The notes beneath the pieces were generated by a model. The model was given only the letters and a program-made list of their open reading frames with translations, ran no database searches and was not told where the DNA came from. The position numbers and the translations under genes were made by a program. Below are positions 60,417-64,000 of a DNA stretch of 64,000 nt, one piece after another. Position 1 is the stretch's first letter. The number at the start of each line of letters is the position of its first letter. The DNA is from Candidatus Obscuribacterales bacterium (GTDB lineage: Bacteria > Cyanobacteriota > Vampirovibrionia > Obscuribacterales > Obscuribacteraceae): the NCBI GenBank assembly GCA_965228855.1, contig CBDDIJ010000005.1:576001-640000 (forward strand), given 5' to 3'.

Positions 60417-60791
60417 TTATTTTGATCGCGCTGCTCTTCTATCAAAGATTACGGTTGGCACGCCGTGAGAATTTGATTCGGAGCCGAAATTCTGCTTGAT
60501 TGCTTGAACGCCGAGATAACCTATGGTTCCCAGCTCACACATAAGCCCGGTCGCCATCAACACCCCTGAAAATTCGGCGATGCCAATGGCTGTCACCGCA
60601 CCGCCAAGCACCAGAGCACCAGCTTCGACAGGATGCTCTTTTGAATATTCCAGAGCAGACTTGGCGACATCAGGTCCGTACCGCCTCACGTCGTCAGGCA
60701 GTTTGCCCATGGCATCAAAAATATCAGCGAAATCCAGAGAATTTTGCTTCGGCTCAGATTTGGCATTCTGATTGAAATTCTCATATCCCAT
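60417..60791 (-). CDS. Small hypothetical membrane-associated protein
   Basis: GAGGA RBS; Gly/Ala-rich hydrophobic hairpin (GALVLGGAVTAIGI...LGTIGYLGV). Confidence 0.6.
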   Translation of the reverse strand: MGYENFNQNAKSEPKQNSLDFADIFDAMGKLPDDVRRYGPDVAKSALEYSKEHPVEAGALVLGGAVTAIGIAEFSGVLMATGLMCELGTIGYLGVQAIKQNFGSESNSHGVPTVIFDRRAARSK

Positions 60792-60954
60792 GTTCTTATC
60801 CTCAATCTCATATGTTCGGCTCGATTTGTGAAACCAATGTAATTCGTTGCGCGAGGAATAGAACTGTTGAATTCAACAGTTGGAATTGAATCGGATGTAC
60901 CAAATCCATTGCCAAGGTTTAAACTGAGCCCGTGAATTGACTTGAGCTTTTGCA

Positions 60955-63381
60955 ATGACAGAGAGTTCTGCACCGGCAGACCGAAGAGTTGAAAACATCT
61001 ATAGCGGAAAAACTGATGCGTGGCTTGTCGCGACGCTCATCATTCTCGTCGTAATCGGTTACGGCTCCACACTTACATTCTTTTTTACAGCAGACGATCT
61101 GTGGCAGGTTCACTACGCATACCGAATCTTTAACGGCGACACAGAGCTCGCCTGGCGCAACTTCGTCGGCAATTATATTCAAATTCCCAGTTTCGAATTT
61201 TACCGGCCGCTCCTCGGTCTGACTTTCTGGTGCGACTATCTGCTGGGCAAGACAAATCCGCTTATTTACCACATTACAAGCACACTGCTATACGTAGCCG
61301 ATGTGGTGCTGCTGTTTGGATTTATGAAACGCCTGATCTCCACGTTCGTTACACGCGACACGCTCACAGTCAGGGCATCCGCCTTCGCGACGGCGGCGAT
61401 GTTCGCCGTCAGCCCGTTGCATTGCGAAGCAGTAACCTGGTTATCGGGGCGAGCTGATGTTCTTGCAGCCCTTTTCTATCTGACGACACTAAATATGGTG
61501 CTTGACGGTTTAAATAATCAAAAGCACGGTTTGAAACATTTGGCGCTGCCATGCCTGACATTCATACTCGCCCTGGGAGCAAAAGAGATTGCTATCGGTC
61601 TTCCGTTTGTGATTTTTGCTCTGGCATCGTTGCGCCCATCCCCATTAGGCTCATCGAATGGCAAATCGCAAAGCCTCTCTAGTTCAAGTTCTACAAACGC
61701 CCTTGGAGGAAGAACAGCCCAGAGGTTCGAAACCTTTGGTTTCGCATTGAAGATTTCACTTCCGTTTATCCTCATAGCTCTGTTCTACCTTATCTTGCGA
61801 TTGATCATGTTCGGCTCAATGTTCGGTGGCTACACCGGCAGTTTTGGACTGGTGAAAGCAAAATACGCATCGCTGCTCTGGTTTGATCCGCAAGTCTGGC
61901 TGCGAATAATCTTTCCATTCAATCACACCATGCTTAAACCGCTTGGAGTCTATGAAATCGCACTGTTAGTTCAACTCCTGCTCGGCGGTTTTATTTGCGT
62001 AATTCAAGCGCTGCTGACCAGAAGAATTCACTGGAGGCTGGCGGCATTTCTTTCGCTCTGGACCCTCACGCTAGTTATTCCACTCACAACCGTATGGGGT
62101 CTAGACCCGGCGCGACATAACAGCCGGCTGCTGTTTTTCCTGACTATGCCGCTTTCGGCATGGCTGCCTTGTTGGACGTTCGCACCTGTGGCATCGTGGC
62201 AAACGTCAGCGGATAAAGCAGGCTGGTGGAAGGCAGTTCAAACCACCGCGTCGATCTTTCTCTGCGGAATGGTAGCACTGTTGCTTTGCGCAACCGTGAT
62301 ATCGAATCAAGCATGGCGCACCGCGGGCGACATCGTAAATCAAGTTCGACTTCAATGCTCTGAGCTAACGGCTGGACTTGCTAAAGACGAAAAAATAATG
62401 GTGCTCGGAATACCCGACGACTACAACGGCGCAATGGTAATTCTAAATGGCTCGACTCTTCATCACTTGCTGTCACCGCCTTTCTGCCAGAGAAAAGTGA
62501 TTGAGCAAGTCGTTTCCTTCAAACCGTTTTTGATCGGACCGGGAGACCTCATTGACTCGAGCAGGGTAAAGGAACTGTTGCGACACGGCACTGTCAAAAC
62601 TGTTTACGCCTGGAACAGCGAAACTCAGAAATTAGAATGGATTCCACTAACCCAGTCAGGTTTATGCAATGGGAAGAGGGTCGGGTTGGAACCTTATGAA
62701 AGTGTTGAACCTGGTTATTATGCAAATTTGAAACTGAATCCATTGAACTTTGACTATTTGACATTCACACTAAACTCCAGGTCAACGAAAAACAAATTCG
62801 CGCCGATTACGCTTTGGTGGAATGATGAGACGCAGAATCGCTCACGAGGTATGATTCGCTTACTTCCGCCACCTGGCAAAACCCCTGTTGTCATCGGTCT
62901 TTCCGACAACTGGCGCTGGTATTCATCGCCTGTAGTTGATACGCTGCGACTCAGGTTAGGAACGCTGACCTTTGACGCTCTCGAAAATCCAGAGTTGGTG
63001 TCAGCTGATCTGTTGATGCCAAGTCTCGAAATTTCGACGCCGGCGCGCACTACCGGGGAGCACGTCGTGAAGCCAGATTCCGTTAATATCAGCTGGAACG
63101 CTAACGCAATTGAGCGGGTGTCGAAAGTTGTTTTGGAAGTCACCCGACCTAATTTTTTCTTTGGTGGTTCAGAAATGATTCCTGTCGAACAGATCATTGC
63201 TCACAAACAGGTTCTACCAACAAAGGGCAGCATGCGCGTTCCGGAAACGTGGTTTCACCAGGAAGGCTTTTATGAAATGCGCGTCCATGCGTATGATGCA
63301 AATGGGGAACCCGTGGGCGAATTTTCTCAACCGGCAACAATTTATTGCAGCACCTCCGGAGCATGCGCTTATCTGGACTAG
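60955..63381 (+). CDS. Polytopic GT-C-fold glycosyltransferase-like membrane protein (TMTC/PMT-like)
   Basis: FTADD loop, YRPL, YH, PLHCEAVTWLSGR and AKE motifs; more than 10 TM segments plus a C-terminal soluble domain. Confidence 0.75.
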   Translation: MTESSAPADRRVENIYSGKTDAWLVATLIILVVIGYGSTLTFFFTADDLWQVHYAYRIFNGDTELAWRNFVGNYIQIPSFEFYRPLLGLTFWCDYLLGKTNPLIYHITSTLLYVADVVLLFGFMKRLISTFVTRDTLTVRASAFATAAMFAVSPLHCEAVTWLSGRADVLAALFYLTTLNMVLDGLNNQKHGLKHLALPCLTFILALGAKEIAIGLPFVIFALASLRPSPLGSSNGKSQSLSSSSSTNALGGRTAQRFETFGFALKISLPFILIALFYLILRLIMFGSMFGGYTGSFGLVKAKYASLLWFDPQVWLRIIFPFNHTMLKPLGVYEIALLVQLLLGGFICVIQALLTRRIHWRLAAFLSLWTLTLVIPLTTVWGLDPARHNSRLLFFLTMPLSAWLPCWTFAPVASWQTSADKAGWWKAVQTTASIFLCGMVALLLCATVISNQAWRTAGDIVNQVRLQCSELTAGLAKDEKIMVLGIPDDYNGAMVILNGSTLHHLLSPPFCQRKVIEQVVSFKPFLIGPGDLIDSSRVKELLRHGTVKTVYAWNSETQKLEWIPLTQSGLCNGKRVGLEPYESVEPGYYANLKLNPLNFDYLTFTLNSRSTKNKFAPITLWWNDETQNRSRGMIRLLPPPGKTPVVIGLSDNWRWYSSPVVDTLRLRLGTLTFDALENPELVSADLLMPSLEISTPARTTGEHVVKPDSVNISWNANAIERVSKVVLEVTRPNFFFGGSEMIPVEQIIAHKQVLPTKGSMRVPETWFHQEGFYEMRVHAYDANGEPVGEFSQPATIYCSTSGACAYLD

Positions 63382-63448
63382 CCGCAACAGTCTCGAATCG
63401 CCATTAAGACATCGTCTTTCAACAAGCTCGACTGAAGCATTCGCGCTG

Positions 63449-64000
63449 CTACATTTTGCGCGAGAGTTTTTCTCTACTGATGTAGTTTACGCACGCTAAA
63501 GCGAGCTTGTTGGTAGGTTTTGCCCGCAGCGCACGCCTGGCTTCCCTGAGAGCTTCTGACCTTTTCCCAAGATACGCAAACGCCCATGCTCGTTCAGCAT
63601 AAATAGTAGAACTGGGATTAGCCTTTACTGCACGATCAAAATATTCGAAAGCGGAATCCTTATCACCGAGCCGAAGCAAAGCCCAACCAAGATTCACAAG
63701 TTTCTTGGAGTTATGTGGATCGGTAAGTAGATCATGATCCATCACGACAACAGTATCATCGATTTCTACGGCAGAAGGTTCACCACGAGTGGCGGAATCC
63801 AAATCGATCGCCTCACCGTGCCAGGAGCAATCGACAGGTTCGCGCTCTAATATGCTCTTAGTGGGCAGCTGGGCAGACACGTCCTCCACTCGTGAGTCCT
63901 CTGCGAGTTCGTTCATGACAGCATTTACGGATGTAACCACATTTGGTGTCACCTGTTTTTCGCCGCTCAGCGGTGTCCCCCAACTCAATCCGATCAAAAA
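63449..64000 (-). CDS. TPR-containing protein (5' end probably outside the window)
   Basis: C-terminal TPRs (LVNLGWALLRLGDKDSAFEYFDRAVKANP; YAERAWAFAYLGKRSEA). Confidence 0.7.
   Translation of the reverse strand, partial: FLIGLSWGTPLSGEKQVTPNVVTSVNAVMNELAEDSRVEDVSAQLPTKSILEREPVDCSWHGEAIDLDSATRGEPSAVEIDDTVVVMDHDLLTDPHNSKKLVNLGWALLRLGDKDSAFEYFDRAVKANPSSTIYAERAWAFAYLGKRSEALREARRALRAKPTNKLALACVNYISREKLSRKM

Overview
This is a gene-dense bacterial chromosomal window with about 45 CDS. I found no transposase, integrase, prophage, CRISPR array or tRNA. Cyanobacteria-like 16S signatures, no photosynthesis genes here and six Hanks-type Ser/Thr kinases suggest a non-photosynthetic cyanobacterial relative (Melainabacteria/Vampirovibrionia, Obscuribacterales-like); this is inference and no database search was run. 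Recognisable genes include rlpA, a class A PBP, asnS, sdaA, a cysteine desulfurase, Lrp plus aminotransferase, YbaK, a TetR-MFP-RND efflux operon, a lone CzcA-type RND and an MBOAT/SGNH pair. A stand-alone 16S rRNA gene has its own promoter, flanking processing stem and terminator, with no linked 23S. The most notable items are: (i) a soluble coiled-coil His kinase, a 53-aa coiled-coil ORF and a NarL-type receiver fused to a Ser/Thr kinase over a decayed HTH; (ii) a protein apparently built from two degenerate peptidoglycan-hydrolase domains plus an intact Cys-His domain; (iii) a LysM protein with a full papain-type Gln/Cys/His/Asn set; (iv) a possible leader ORF and structured UTR upstream of czcA; (v) a duplicated Cys4 motif on a receptor kinase; (vi) a gene pair built from one shared helical repeat. 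All domain calls are from motif recognition by eye.
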